From contig NC_058368.1 in NCBI RefSeq assembly GCF_018350175.1, positions 31,994,001 to 32,058,000 on the forward strand: 64,000 nucleotides of DNA. Direction: 5' to 3'. This document shows, one piece after another, positions 1 through 13,800 of the stretch (positions are counted from its first letter, which is position 1; each line of letters opens with the position of its first letter). The position numbers and the translations under genes are program-made. Origin of the DNA: Felis catus. Lineage: Eukaryota. Under the pieces are notes generated by a model, which was given only the letters and a program-made list of their open reading frames with translations, ran no database searches and had not been told where the DNA came from.

Positions 1-3000
1 CTGACTATATCATAAGCTATATTGTTGTTTGTTGTTGTTCTTGTTTTGGTGAGTATGTAGTGGAGAAATAAAGACCAGAGATTTTGGGCCGTTTGTTGTT
101 GTGGTTTGCCCCAGCTCTATTACTATCTAATGATGTGACTTTGGATAATTAAAAAACAAAAGTGATTATAAATGCTGTCTGTATCTCTTTGGAATATTTT
201 GAGTATAATGAGACCATTAATACAGAATACTTTGAAACACATACAAATTATAAGGATCCTAAAACTTTCTGTTTCTCACAAGAATTAGTATGGTCTCATT
301 CATATAATAGGTGCTGAGGCAAAGATTGTTGAATAATGGGCAAGAGAAAGGAAAAAGTTATAACCAAACGATACATAATTGACTACTTGAGGTAACTAGG
401 AATGGTCATCATTAGTATGGAGTCCAGAGTCTAGATAGTTTTTGAGATACTGAAATGATATTATATTACTTCCCTAAGTAGCTAACCATCTAAGAACCGG
501 ATCACTATAACTAAACTCAGATGAAATACCCAAATTGCAATTGATTAATAGATCAACCAAAATGCAAATATATTTGCCTGAGACATTATCCTAGTAGATA
601 ACCAAATAAACATACTTGAAGACCAACTCACTCCTTTGCAAGTGTAATTGGGGAGAGGAGAGTTAGATGATCAAAGTGAAACTAGTTTTACTTCATGAAC
701 TTCTTCTCTCCACAAATAAAGAAAGTTTAGACTAGTTCATTGATACTGAGCATTTTATATGTACAAACTCATTCTCTGGTTAAATTCATACTTTTTAAAA
801 CTCTTGCTAATGAGTTACTATAGAGCATCGGTTGATATTTGGTGTAATAGTGCCGCTGAATATGCTTTGATATTTTTTGTTGCTTTGTATCATTCACAAT
901 ACCTATCAAGTCTAATGGCAGCATATCTCAGCTTGATTTCAAGTAGCTGTTGGCCTCTTCAGCAGTATGTACAATGCTATTCATCCTTCTAGGAAAGGCT
1001 ATGATATTGATGGTCAATCACATTGAATGGTAAAATATATCAGTTTTATTAATAGTTTATTAATAGTTTTATTAATGGCATTTCCTGATCTCATTCTAAA
1101 ATTCTGAAGTACTTTGGAATTATGGGACCTGTGGCTTCTGAGGTTGTGAGAACTGCATGAGCTAAGGGATAAAATGTACCATGTTTTCAAAAAGTGTGTA
1201 ATTTGTTGACTGACCATATGTTTTGTCAACATTTCTGGATTGCTATTTTTCACTCAGATATTTGACTCTCTGAACTGATTTGTTTTATAGAAAATTATGA
1301 TTTCAGATTTTCTTCTGCTGCTGCCAAATATATAAAATCAGTGATGCAACATTATTAAAAATCCACATCTTATTTTACCACCAAGTTTCATCCTAAGTTA
1401 CTGACATATCTTGATAATGGATAAGCATATGCAGTCATCCACTGAGCACATAACAAGGCATGAGCTAGATGAGATGTGGCAGGTTACTTTCCACTCTTAA
1501 AATCATATATGACTTTACTAATAGTATTTACCACAGTCTAGATAAATTAGAATTCCCAAGGAAGGGGAAAAAAACAGAGAAAGAAAGAAATTGCTTTGAT
1601 AATGCAAGATAAGGTTACTTGTGGTGGCAGGATTAGACATATCTAGCAAAAGAAACCTAATTATTCCTCCCTGGATCTTTAACTCTGAAGACATGACCAC
1701 AATCCATTCAGATGATAAATAAGGATTTTCAGCCAGGAACCCCAACACATTATTGAAGTAAAATGAATTTGAATGAAGTTTGCTCTTACCTATATTGGAT
1801 TTTTTTCATTTCTTTCTTTCTTTCCTTTTTTTTTTTTTTTCCTTGCCACTACTGGTTTAAAACACAGTTTATTTAGTGTTTCATATAAGATGTGGTCAGA
1901 TATTTAACTTTCTGTTCAGTTCTGTCTATTAGTAAAAAGTCCTTAACAGTGTCAAAAAATAGCAGTTTGAATAGATGTGTGTGACATATCATATACAGAG
2001 TAGAAATTCCAACTTCTTAAGATGGTAACTCTTTCCATTAAATAGAGAAGGCAGGCAAAAATAAAGAACATATGCTTCAATAAGAATAAATAAACCATTT
2101 GGTTAGTGAGTGTGGTTACTAAATGAGAAACCATTCAAATCATTAAACTGTTTCATGATGCTATTGGAAATTATCCTTGCTTAGATATTAAAAGAAGATA
2201 AAGCATGGATTAAATGTTTCATTATGTTCCCTGGCACTCCTCTGGAATTTGCATCAGGTGCAGTTTCATGAAAAATGAAAGTGTCAACCTACTAGATTTA
2301 TTCTATATGCAAAGATGTGTCTATATTTTGATTTTGTAAATGTCTCAAGAATTCATCATAAGATCTCAGTTCTCAAAAATAAAATAAGTCAGTGTTACTG
2401 TCTACTAAATTACAGGAAACTTTATGTATGCTATCTTAAGTAATAGTTACCAAATTAAGGTTAGGATACTATTTCAACATATGACAATAATAATCACATT
2501 TCAAAAAAGTGCCCTGGGACTCAAAAAAGAGTAGGCATTTCATCCAAAGTCATGCATCTTGTGGTTGGCAGAGAAAAATATAGAAACATTTATTCCGGTT
2601 ATATTTTAAAATAATGTTTTTCATAGTACATATAGGCCGCCTCAGACACCCTTGTTCCAACTTATATCTATCCCTTTCTCTCCCACACTCCTTTCTCCCC
2701 TCCCTGTTTTGACCATTGCTTTATCTCTGGCCAGGTCTGATTTATTCCTGGTTCTCATCTTTGGATGTCATACTTTTGCCACTTCAATATTAACTACCGT
2801 ATTGATATGGGCATTTCTGATCTTCAGGAGCAATGCTATTTTTAGTGTGTTCCTTTTTTTTAATTTCAAGTGTAATTGACATATAGTGTATATTAGTTTC
2901 AGGTGTACAATATAATGATTCAACACTTCTATGTATTTCTCAGTTTTTATCAAGATAAGTCTGGTTTTAACCCCCTTATCTATTTCACCCAGCCCCCTCA

Positions 3001-3076
3001 CTTCTCCTCTGGGAAGTGGCAGTTTGTTCTCTGTATTTTGGAGTTTGGGTTTTTTGTTTTTTGGGTTTCATTAATC

Positions 3077-3295
3077 TTTTTTTTTAATTTTTTTTTTAAC
3101 ATTTATTTTTGAGAGACAGAGAGAGACAGCATGAGCAGGGGAGGGGCAGAGAGAAAGGGAGACACAGAATCTGAAGCAGGGTCCAGGCTCCGAGCTGTTG
3201 CACAGAGCCCAACGCAGGGCTCGGACTCACAAACCGGGAGATCATGTCCTGAGCCGAAGTTGGACGCTTAACCGACTGAGCCACCCAGGTGCCCC
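3077..3295 (-). mobile_element. CanSINE (SINEC, felid-type) nested in L1
   Basis: Poly-T tail, GA-rich tract, and tRNA-derived head ending ccacccaggtgcccc; flanks attaatcttttt/attgatcttttt. Confidence 0.95.
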
Positions 3296-3744
3296 ATTGA
3301 TCTTTTTTTAAACTTTGTTTTGTTTCTTAAATTCCACATATGAGCGAAATAATATGGTATTTGTCTTTCTCTGATTGACTTTTTTTTACTTAGCATTATA
3401 CCCTCTAGGTCCATGCATGTTGTCCCAAATGGTATTTTTTATGGCTAATATTCCATCTTCTTTACTCAATAATTTATTGATGGACACTTGTTTTGTTTCC
3501 ATATCTTGGCTATTGTAAAAGATGCTGCAATAAATATTAGGCTGCATATATTTTTTTAAATTATTTTTTTTTCATTTTCCTTAGGTAAATATCTAGTAGT
3601 GAAATTAGTGGATCATATGGTAATTCTCTTTTCAATTTTTTGAGGAACTTCCATACATTTTCTCATAGTGGCTGTACCAATTTGCATTGCTACCAACAGA
3701 CTGTGGAGGCTTCTTTTTTTCTACGTCCTCACCAGAACTTATTT

Positions 3745-3826
3745 CTTTTTTTTTTTTTTGTATTTTATTTTATTTTATTTTATTTTATTTTATTTTATTT
3801 TATTTTATTTTATTTATTTTATTTTA
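3745..3826. repeat. Poly-T / (TTTTA)n simple repeat
   Basis: Directly visible tandem tattt units. Confidence 0.9.
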
Positions 3827-4989
3827 ACCATTCTGACAGGTGTAAAGTGATACCTAATTGTGGTTTTGATTTTCATTTCCCATATGACTAGTGATATTGA
3901 CCATCTTTTCCTGTGTCTGTTGGCTAACTATATGTCCTCTTTAGAAAAATGTCTATTCAGCTTCCCTGTCCATTTTTAATTGGATTATTTGGGCTTTTTT
4001 GATGTTGAGTTGTAGAAGTTCTTTACATAGTTTGGATATTAACCTCTTATCAGACATATCATTTGCAAATATCTTCTCCCATTCACTAGGTTGCCTTTTT
4101 GCTTTGTTAATGATTTCCTTCACTGTGAAGAAGCTTTTTATTTTGGTATAGTCCCAATAGTTTAATTTTGCATTCATATCCTTTGCCAGAGGGGGCATAT
4201 CTAGAAAGATGTTTCTAAAGCCAATGTCAAAGAAATTACTGCCTATCTTTTCTTCTAGGAATTTCATGGTTTCACGTCTCAAATTAAGTCTTTAATCCAT
4301 TTTGAGTTTATTTTTGTGTATGGTGTAAAAAAGTGGTCTAGTTTTATTCTTTTGCATGTAGCTGTCCAGCTTTCCCAACACCATTTGTTAAACAGACTGT
4401 CCTTTTCCCATTAGATTTTCTCTCCTGCTTTGTCATAGATTAATTAACCATAAAAACATGGATTTATTTCTGGACTCTATTCTGTTCCGTTGAACTATTT
4501 GTGTTTTTGCTACTACCATAACTGTTTTCATTACTGCAGCTTCAGAGCATATTTTGAAATTTGAGATCGTGATACCTCCAGCTTTGTTCTTCTTTTTCAG
4601 ATTGCTTTGGGTATTCAGGGTCTTTTGTGGTTCCATACAAATTTTGGGATTATTTGTTCTAGTACTGTGAAAAATGTTTTTGGTATTTTGATAGAGATTG
4701 TATTAAATCTGGAGATTGTTTTGGGTAATATGGACATTTTAGCAATATTGGTTCTCTCTAGGAGCAATGGTTAAACCCTTGCTTCTGAAATCCCAGATCC
4801 CTCACCTGATGCTCTTTGCTTTGGGGGATTCTACTTGGATGGAGGCTTTGGGTGTACGTGTTATATCGTAACTACTTGATGCCCTGTGACTCGGTTCTGG
4901 ACACTTAAATTAACAAAAGTTCACTAATGGAGATTAGAGAAACCTGTTGTTCTCTTAATTAAAAGTTAAAGTTCTTAATAGACATTGAC

Positions 4990-5243
4990 TTTTGATATTT
5001 ATTAATTTTTCCCTCCTGCCTGGGTCATGCAAGTTATGCCTGTGGTTCAACAAGCATACTGTGAGCTACAGCTTGAGGATGGCAAAGTGAAAAGAAAGAA
5101 AGTAACCGCATCCCCTTTGTGAAACCATTGTATTAGTCTTGGACTACCTACTCAGGCTTCATATTTTTATGGGAAAAAATAAATCTCTACGTAACCAGTC
5201 CGTTCTAGTGGTGGTTCTATAAATATGTATCCTAACTTACACA
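4990..5243 (+). mobile_element. Degraded MaLR (MLT1-like) LTR fragment
   Basis: gaggatggcaaagtgaaaag...ggactacctac...aataaatctctac...cctaacttacaca resembles the MLT1 3' half from recall. Confidence 0.45.
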
Positions 5244-7435
5244 CTTAAGGTCCTTCTAAAGCTCTGACTCTGCTAATGCATAAAAAGGTGAACCATCACT
5301 TCCCAGGTTGTACTCTAGACAATAAGCATCAGTAAAAACTGAACTGAGCACCCACTTTTTTGAGTGGTGTGCTGAGACTAGTGGAAGGAAGAGTTACAGG
5401 GTTATGAGTTAAGCACTGTTGCAGATCCTGACTTCAGGATTCCAGAGCATTTTTATCAAGACCTCTAAAAGCAAGGGAGTATTTCCTTTTCCCCTAAAGG
5501 ACATTAAACACAGCACATCAAACCTTTCTTGAAAAAAAAATGGAGTTGGAACAGCTTTATATTTATTTCCTCTTAGATTCTTTTGCAACTTAAAAGATAA
5601 ATCTAACCTCAGACTGTGAGAGTTTTGCTAATACATAAGTTCTCTTGCTCTCATGCAAAATAGCTTTCCCTATGTGGGAAACTTTCATTCATGCCACAAA
5701 TGTTCATTAAATGCACAGTAGCAGTCCTTTGTCCTGTGAATGTAAGGAAGGTCAAGAATGATTCTGTTCATTCATAAAGTTTACAGGATAATAGAGACAA
5801 AAACTGGAGAAAAAACCCTTTTACCTCTTGTATCAACTTCCTCCTATTATAAAGCAAGCAAACTCGTTTCCCCTTTGTAAGGAATAATAATGATTCTTAG
5901 CATTATAGGTATGTGTTGCTGTTTATGTTTTAATAAGTAGAAAATTTTAAATTTGTTAATTAGTTCAGACCCAGGTAATAAAGTCTGAAGTGTACCTATG
6001 TCTACATATAGCTGTGTGACTGACGTAAAATAAACTGGTCATCAAAATACAATCCCAGCATTCACAGGAGAAATCATCAGTATAATAAAATGTCAATAGA
6101 ACTGTTTTGGATATTTTCAGAGAAAAAATATACCTTAGAATCTTTATACACAGTGATGACTTTTTTAAACTATAAAGCCCTCTTGATAAAATGATTAACA
6201 TATAATGAAATACATATACTATTAATAATAATAATAGTCATTATTTTTATCCAGACGTGTTTTCTCACCATCTGGAAACACAATACATTCATTGCATCCA
6301 GGAACCAGAGATAGAGCTTTAGTTAAAGCGCATGGACTGAAAATAGTGTTCCCCTGAAGAATTTTCAAAGAAAACACAAAGATAGCACATTCCTTAACAC
6401 AATACACACATCTTTTTATAATGGCCCAATCACTTCTGCTCTCCATGGTTCTATTCTGTTAAAATATAATTCTGGACTGGCTGAATCCAACAGGAAATCA
6501 AATGTCAGAGTCAGGTCACTAATGGTTAGAAACACTAATAGAAACCCTAATTAGAGCTAAGCATTTAATTATCTTTTTGTTCCTCTCATTTCTAGTATTA
6601 CCACATTTCTCAAATGACTTACTTTTTTTGAAATGACTAAAAATAGCTTGTCCATAAAAGATGAGTTTGGCCCCAAATCTCTGGATTCTGGAATAGATAT
6701 AATGTAATGGTTCATTTTATAGGAGAGAGACCATCTTTATAAATAAGTGATACCCTGTGCTCTCCACTGTAACTGCATTGGAAATGTACTAATCTAAAAG
6801 AAACTCACTGGGTTGAAAACCAGTTTACATTGATTTTTCAGATGTACTGAATTCTGTGAAACGGCCTCCAGAAACCACTATGAACTTCCCATATTCTAGC
6901 CATAGAAAATATGTAATAATACATTTAAAAAGATCCTCCTTGGACTTCTCTGGTATTTACATTTTAGAAGATTATATTATTTCCTAACCCAGTGTGGTTT
7001 TTTGTGTTGTTGTTTTTGCTTCCCCCTCCACAACATGTAACATTATCATATATAAAAAAATCAATGTGTATGCCTTTTTCAGTTATTTTACTGGTTAGTT
7101 TGGACTAGCTACATACTTTATTTAGTACACACTGCTTTTCTCAAATAGCTTTTGAGGTGAACGTGTGTTATTTAGCTCTAAGTTTGAAAGAAACACAGAG
7201 ACAATCAGGTTTCTCCAGGTGATAGGGTATTATTGTAAAGATGCCCAGAAAAGCAAGAAAGCACAGGAAATTGGCACAGTCAGTTGCAAAATCAGGATAG
7301 AGTAAAGTTACTTTTGTTCAGGCTGCAATAAAAATCCTAAATATCCAATAACAGTTCTAGTTGTCTGCTGTTCTTCTGACTCAGCTTCTCTTATCTCTGC
7401 CCCTCTGCTTATTTCTTCTGTTGCTTCATATTAAG

Positions 7436-7657
7436 TCAGCCGTTCTGCTTGGTGCAGTTTTTATGGTGTGTATTTTCGTCCGTGCCATTCCTACTGGCTT
7501 TGTTGTTGGTGGTGTATCTCACTCTGAAACCCCCCATGTGTGAAAAATGGATTGGATATTTTTGTTACTTTAGAGCATCTTTATTAATTCAAGGACAGGC
7601 ATCTGACCACCTCAGAAAGCAAGCACTACTCCAGCCAACAGTTTCCCTTTGCATCAG
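7436..7657 (+). other. Candidate spliced exon (222 nt) of an unidentified host gene
   Basis: AG-free pyrimidine-rich tract 7385-7432, acceptor aag/ (7435) or cag/ (7439), donor CAG/GTGAAT at 7657/7658. The sequence appears non-repetitive and retains CpGs, and one frame is open throughout. Confidence 0.5.
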
Positions 7658-7716
7658 GTGAATGTCTTTTCTCCATTGTTGGGGAAAATTATAATGGTTT
7701 CGGCAAAACTATGATG

Positions 7717-7719
<3 letters not shown>

Positions 7720-7768
<49 letters not shown>
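7720..7768. repeat. (TG)n microsatellite
   Basis: Directly visible. Confidence 0.98.
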
Positions 7769-7771
<3 letters not shown>

Positions 7772-8882
7772 AATGAGAAGCCTCACTCAGCAGATTCACT
7801 TACAAAGAGCAATGTAGTTGATAGACATCCTGGGCTTCCTGATACTTATTTTAGAGGGAATTTCTCTTACATTTTTAAGGTATTTATTTGTATGGATGTT
7901 GTTGTGGAATGGATAATCTAAGACACTGTTGGTGAGATTTCAGGTTTTTCTGTGGTATCTTTACACTCTAAAGATCTATTAGTAGCAACGTTGTGGATTT
8001 ATATGCCATCTGAAATTCCCTAAGTATTTCATGGGGAGGATCATTCACTGCAGTTAATTGTTAAAATGTTTCCAGTGAATGTGTGCCATTTAATTCTCAG
8101 ATACATATTGACTCAAAATAAATGCTGAGCAAGATTGAACTGTGGAAACATATTCATTGTAGAATATAGGTCGAAAACTCCATTTTGTTAACCTAATCTT
8201 TTACTGTTTCATAGAGCTTCATTGAATTTCTAATCCATGTTATATTTAGAGAGTCTGATAATTATATGGATATTAAAGTGAGTAATTTAAATTTGTTAAT
8301 AGGAATATATTATGTATTAGACAATTCAACAGAAAGATACATTGATACATTTTATTAAATAAAATTGAGCTGATAGGCTGATTGAAGAGCAATTATGTTC
8401 ACTAAGATAATAAAACGGAAAACTTGATTATGTCAAATAATCTGTATTTTTAATGGCAAGAAAGAGCCAACGTGAGAAGTTTTATTTCAACCAAAGCAAG
8501 TGTGATGCTATCAGTTTTTTAAATGCACTTTAAACCATGACAAGTCATAAAAATGAAGATTTAAGTTTAAACCTTACTGATATTTATTTCAGAAACTTTC
8601 CCATATTGCAATGCTAAGTAGATATTTTCAAGGACAAATACGTTTGGGGAAGGTATATTTACTTTTAAGAAAATTGAACTCTATTATAAGCACACATACT
8701 AAGTGTAACAATACAATCTAGACAGAAATTCAAATATTTAATGGGACTGTGGATGAATATGGTAACAACAAAGAAAACTGGATACATTTTATAATACCTC
8801 TTGACCAATAAAAAATAAAATCACTCTTTAAGCATCTTTGGGGTATATTTGTACCTTCCTCTCATAGCAAATTATTACATTT

Positions 8883-9087
8883 GGGGCTCCTGGGTGACTC
8901 AGTCAATTTAGCGTCCGACTTCAGCTAAGGTCATGATCTCACAGTTCGTGAGTTGGAGCCCCGCATCGGGCTCTCTGTTGACAGCTCAGAGCCTGGAGCC
9001 TACATCAGATTCTGTGTCTCTGCCCAATCCTTGCTTGCATTCTGTCTTTCTCTCACAAATAAATAAACATTAAAATGATTTTAAAAA
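8883..9087 (+). mobile_element. CanSINE
   Basis: ggggctcctgggtgactcagtc head, CT-rich region, aataaa and A-rich tail. Confidence 0.95.
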
Positions 9088-9964
9088 TTAGTGAATTTTT
9101 CTGCAGTTTAAAAATATTAACTGTAATTTATTTAAGTTATAGGAAACTAAAGAATTTTATAGAAAAGAAAAAATATAGTTATATCCTCATTATTTTACAT
9201 AAAAAAAGGTATACTTTTGGTAAATAAAAGTATTTGATGGATTTTAATAAGAATATTCCCTCTCTTCCCACACCATATGCACTATTCTTGAGGACCCCAA
9301 CATTCATAACATATACCTCACAGTGAATAGCACAAATAAATAAATGGGTGAACAAATATGTAATCAACAAAAGTAAATTCACATTGGCAGTGATATTTCA
9401 TTTATATCCATGAGCCACTTAAGATCGATAAGAAAAACTAATGCATGTTCGTGTCCCCAGAGACCTGCACAGACCTGGCAAATTGTAGATATTTAATATG
9501 TACTTAAAATAATAAAGAAATAGGTAAAAGAACTTAATCTCTATGCTATTAATATTTTTCTCTCAATAAAATTAAAATTTGAAATGAAGTAGGTTATGGA
9601 AAAAGTTAATCATATCAAGTGTTTTTTTGAACTCATTTACTGTTGCACTAGCATTAAATTTAAAAATGTAATTAGGTTTACAGTGGGATTAAGCAGGAAA
9701 TGTTGGTTTTAATTTACTGAAAAGTTAGTATCTTTCACATTGCAGATGAGAATAACTGTCTTTCAGCTTAATTGAATATGGCTGATTGTTCAAGTTAAAT
9801 CACTTCTTTCTGAATGATGTCATTATTTTTGTAGGACAAGACAGATAGTAATCTTCTCTGTTGCAGTCAGTGGATGATGGCTATGCTGGCAAAGGTCCAC
9901 TTACCCACACCTTTAAAAGAGACAAGTGGGGTTTTTCTTGCTACTAGGATGAGAAAAGAAAAAT

Positions 9965-10180
9965 GGGGCACTGGGTCAGTTGGTTCAGCGTCTGACTTCG
10001 GCTCAGGTTATGATCTCACAGCTTGTGGGTTTGAGCCCCACGTTGAGCTCTCTGCTGACAGCTCAGAGCCTGGAGCCTGCTTCGGATTCTGTGTCTCCTC
10101 TCTTTCTGCCTCTCTCCCACTCATGCTCTGTCTCTCTCTCTCTCTCTCTCAAAAATAAACATTAAAAAAATTTTTTTAAA
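9965..10180 (+). mobile_element. CanSINE
   Basis: ggggcactgggtcagttggtt head, (CT)n, aataaacattaaaa tail. Confidence 0.95.
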
Positions 10181-11471
10181 GAAAATCTTTGGTTCTAAGT
10201 ATGTTGTCATTTTAAGGAGTAAATTAATACTATTAGTATTTCCAACTAAAATAAAACATGAAAAACATAACTATTTCATAAAATTTTTATTTAGTTTTTG
10301 TTTTGTTCAAAAGTTTGAGCAAAGCTTTAAATAATGTATATTCTTCACAAACATGAATTGGACTTAACTAGCCTACTAAAAACTTAATAAAAATACTTTT
10401 TTTACAAAAGTGAAATAGTTTTGTTCTTTCCACTTTTCCTTCAAATTTTGAAATATATATGCCACTTATCAACATTAATATTTTCACATATTTTTCTCTG
10501 TTCAATACAGACACATGCACACATCTTATAATATCTGTTATTATTTGCTCAACAATTTTAAGTAAACTACATACTACAGTTCTGCACCTCTATATCTCAT
10601 AAAATTCATGAAGAATTTCAACATTGGTACAATACTATTATTTAATATACAGTTCATAGTTGAATGTTGTCACTTGTCACAATAATGTATTTTGTATCAG
10701 TTTTGTCAGTTTTTACCAGTAGTGTGCACTATATTTAATTTTTATTTAATAAAATATTCTGCCTAAAGAAAGACTGAATTCTGTGAATTCCAAAGTAGCT
10801 TCTGAGTTTTGGAATAGAGCAATATACATATTCTATTCAATGGTGCCCTACATTACACTAAACCCAATTCAGTTTCCAATGGCTTAGGGCGTCATTATGC
10901 TTAAGTATGCTTGCCTTCTGTGCTTATAGCCTGGAAGTACTTGTCCTGGGAAAAGTGGATCCAATGTGGGTGGAAGCTTATTGATTTGGAGTGGGGGTGC
11001 TGGGGTGCAGTTTCACCGCTAGTGGAAATCAAGAAGGCTTATTTTAGTGCTCGTGTGTTTTGTAAGTAATAAAGAAAATCATTCTTTAAACTCCTTTGGG
11101 GTATCTTTGTATCTTCCTCTCATGGAAAATTATGTTTGTGAATTTTTCTAAAAGTTTCAAAATAAGCAGTATAGCATACATTTTGAGATTTTTATGCTTT
11201 CCATATTCATTAGTATTTGGGAATAAGAGGAATATGGCACACTGCTGATAGTACCCAGAATACATCTTCATCAGAGAGAAAAAATGAAGGTATTGTGAAG
11301 TTCTTTTACAATCTCAAAAAGTTCAAAATCATACCACAAATATTCAACAGTATGTTAATGTTTTCATGGTATTTTTATTCTTCATTTTTTCCATCCATTT
11401 TGACTTTTATTTCTCCCATTTTTCTGATAACCTGAAGTTTCAATTGGCTTAAAAAAAAACATAACTCTTCT

Positions 11472-11690
11472 GGGATGCCTGGGTGCTCAGTCAGTGGAGG
11501 GTCCAACTGGATATTGGCTCAGGTGGTGGCCTCACAGTCGTGATCTCATGGTCGTGAGATCCAGCCCCCCCATGAGGTTCCACAATGAGCATGGAGCCTG
11601 CTAAAGATTTTTTTTCTCTCTCTCCCTTTGCTCCTCTCCCCCACTAGCATGAGTTCTTTCTCTCTCTCAAAATAAGTAAACATTTTTAAA
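11472..11690 (+). mobile_element. CanSINE (older, diverged)
   Basis: gggatgcctgggtgctcagtc head, ggagcctgct, CT tract, A-rich tail. Confidence 0.9.
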
Positions 11691-12471
11691 ATGACTACTC
11701 TTACATACTAAAAGTACATTGCAACTATTTATAGTGGAATTACCAATGTATAATATATGCTTTAGCTACGTATAATATCTAATTCACAGTAGGTTTTAAT
11801 AGTTAATGGTTTTAGACAATTTGCTCTTTATTTGGAAGTATATTTCATTTTCAAAATGTGGCATGTTTGAATGTAAAAGCAGATTCATTTAGATTAATAA
11901 TGTGTATTTCTGTTATGTAATTGTGTTGGCTTTTGCAAAACTGAAAGAAAAAATAGTTTGTTATTCAGGTTTAAGAAAAAGAGTTTTCTCTTTAATGCTA
12001 AACAACACAGGTAAAAAATAGAAATGATGTTTTAGCAGGTACTAGCTACATCTAATATGATTTTCTGTCAACACAGAAACTATGAGTTGTATGTTTTAAA
12101 GATTACAGTCAAATTGTTTTCTTCAGTAAATAGAGGCTGGATTCCTGGTGTGTCAAAATGATGCTCTCTGAGAAACAATGAAATTTTGCATCAAAACAAC
12201 ATAAAAATTGCCAGCCATTATACACATTCCTATAGCTCACTTCAAATTCCAATAAGCAACATTGAAATGCAGGTTATAAGCCTATGTGCTGTACATTATG
12301 GAGTGTTATATGGCTCTTGTAGGAAGAGAGGCTTGAATCAGGACATGACTTTTACCTAAGGGTTAGTCAGAGTTATTCTGCATTGTTACAGATGGCATAA
12401 TCAAAATATACTAAAATAATGAAACTTGTAAAATACTATTTTAGTAACACACATAAAGCTCTGGCTCTCAG

Positions 12472-12782
12472 ATGAAAAAAAATTGGTGGTTACCAGAGGT
12501 GTGGGATAAGGAATGGGTGAAATAGGTAAAAATAGTCAAAATGTACAAAATGCCAGTTATAAGACAAGTCCTAGGGATCCAATTTACAGCATGGACACTA
12601 TAGTTAATAATACCGTACTGTATATTTGAAAATTGCTGACAGAGTAGATCTTAAAAGTTCTGATCACAAGAAAAAAAAAAAAACAAAACCATGTAACTGT
12701 GTGGTGATCATTTCACAATTTAGACATATACCGAATCATTGTGTTGTATACCTGAAACTAATTGCTGTATGTCAAAAAGAAA
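12472..12782 (+). mobile_element. Short 5'-truncated L1 3' UTR (L1MA-like)
   Basis: gtggttaccagagg...gagtagatcttaaaagttct...cacaagaaaaa...tatacctgaaactaa is typical L1MA 3' UTR. 19-bp TSD with 1 mismatch: ataaagctctggctctcag (12453-12471) / ataaagctcaggctctcag (12783-12801). Confidence 0.85.
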
Positions 12783-13679
12783 ATAAAGCTCAGGCTCTCA
12801 GGTCCTATTTAATTAAATAATACTTGAGAATGATAACTAGGACGAGATTTAAATTGCTCATATTGATCTGGATTTCATAAGAGAAATAGAAGACCTGGAA
12901 ACCTGTTCCAAATTTGATCAACTATTTTCTTAGGGAAACTAAATGCAGAAAATGCTTTTGAAAACTATTCTCAGTAAAGTCAATGATTTGAACTTATTCT
13001 GACAATCTGTCTTTGACCTTAGGCATATTATGCTTACCATGCATGCCCCTTAAAGATGTGTTTAAATGAATGAATTCACAAATTCCTCTGAGAAATGCTA
13101 TTGATTTCTCCAAAAACAAAACAAACAAACAAAAAATAATTAACATTCACCAGTAATTAAATCTAGAGTGTGTGCTTTTAATACATCTGTATCCCTTCTG
13201 AATAAAAATTCACCTAAAGAAATTTTGGAATTTTCCTCAAGTATAGTCCTCTTAGAAAGAATAGCAAAATCTAATTACATTCCTATTTAGAATGCTTTAG
13301 GATTGCACATTACATTTAGCCTAGATTTTCAAGTTGCTTTCCCAGCTAAATGGTATCACTTATCTCTAGTTACTCTTAAAACATTTATAGAAATGGGACT
13401 ATTACAGAAGCTATGAGATATTGCATACAAAAGAAGATACGTGTAATGGCATTTTTAACAAAGCAATACAAACATGGATGTGTGGGTTTGTATGAGCTTC
13501 ATTTGGTTGTTTCTCTTGGACTTTAGCTTGCTTTATTAGAAAGTATTTTTCTCTTCAGGTAATCATTCTTCTCAAGCATTTTTATATTTCTGTCAATGCC
13601 AGTCCTATCTACTTTCTCACAACCCCTAATTTTTAGATTATCAGTGAAGTGACCATAAGGTTCATGTGGATACCTTTGT

Positions 13680-13800
13680 CTGAGTGCCTATTTTATGATA
13701 GATGAGCAGATCAGATAGATAAAGTAAATGTTCTAAAGTCCCACAGCTATGTAGTGGTAGAGGCTGGAGTGAGGTACCTATTTCTGACTCTTGAGTTCCC
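13680..13800 (-). mobile_element. MIR fragment
   Basis: cctattttat...gatgag...aaagtaa...aaagtcccacagcta...gtggtagaggctgga resembles the reverse-complemented MIR core. Confidence 0.55.

Larger units (their letters stand above)
2836..4759 (-). mobile_element. 5'-truncated carnivore-type L1 (3' ORF2 remnant + 3' UTR), interrupted by a CanSINE and a (TTTTA)n tract
   Basis: Minus-strand ORFs 3953..4282 (NYWDYTKIKSFFTVKE...WEKIFAN) and 4433..4636 (KKKNKAGGITI) match the L1 ORF2 C-terminal region. Candidate TSD aggagcaatg at 2826-2835 and 4760-4769. Confidence 0.9.

Noticed and set aside
1042..1076. Three tandem agtttt(t)attaat units
   Set aside because: Ordinary slippage repeat with no spacers; not CRISPR-like.
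12274..12322. Possible hairpin tataagcc...ggctcttgta
   Set aside because: Needs several bulges and mismatches; no better than expected in AT-rich DNA.
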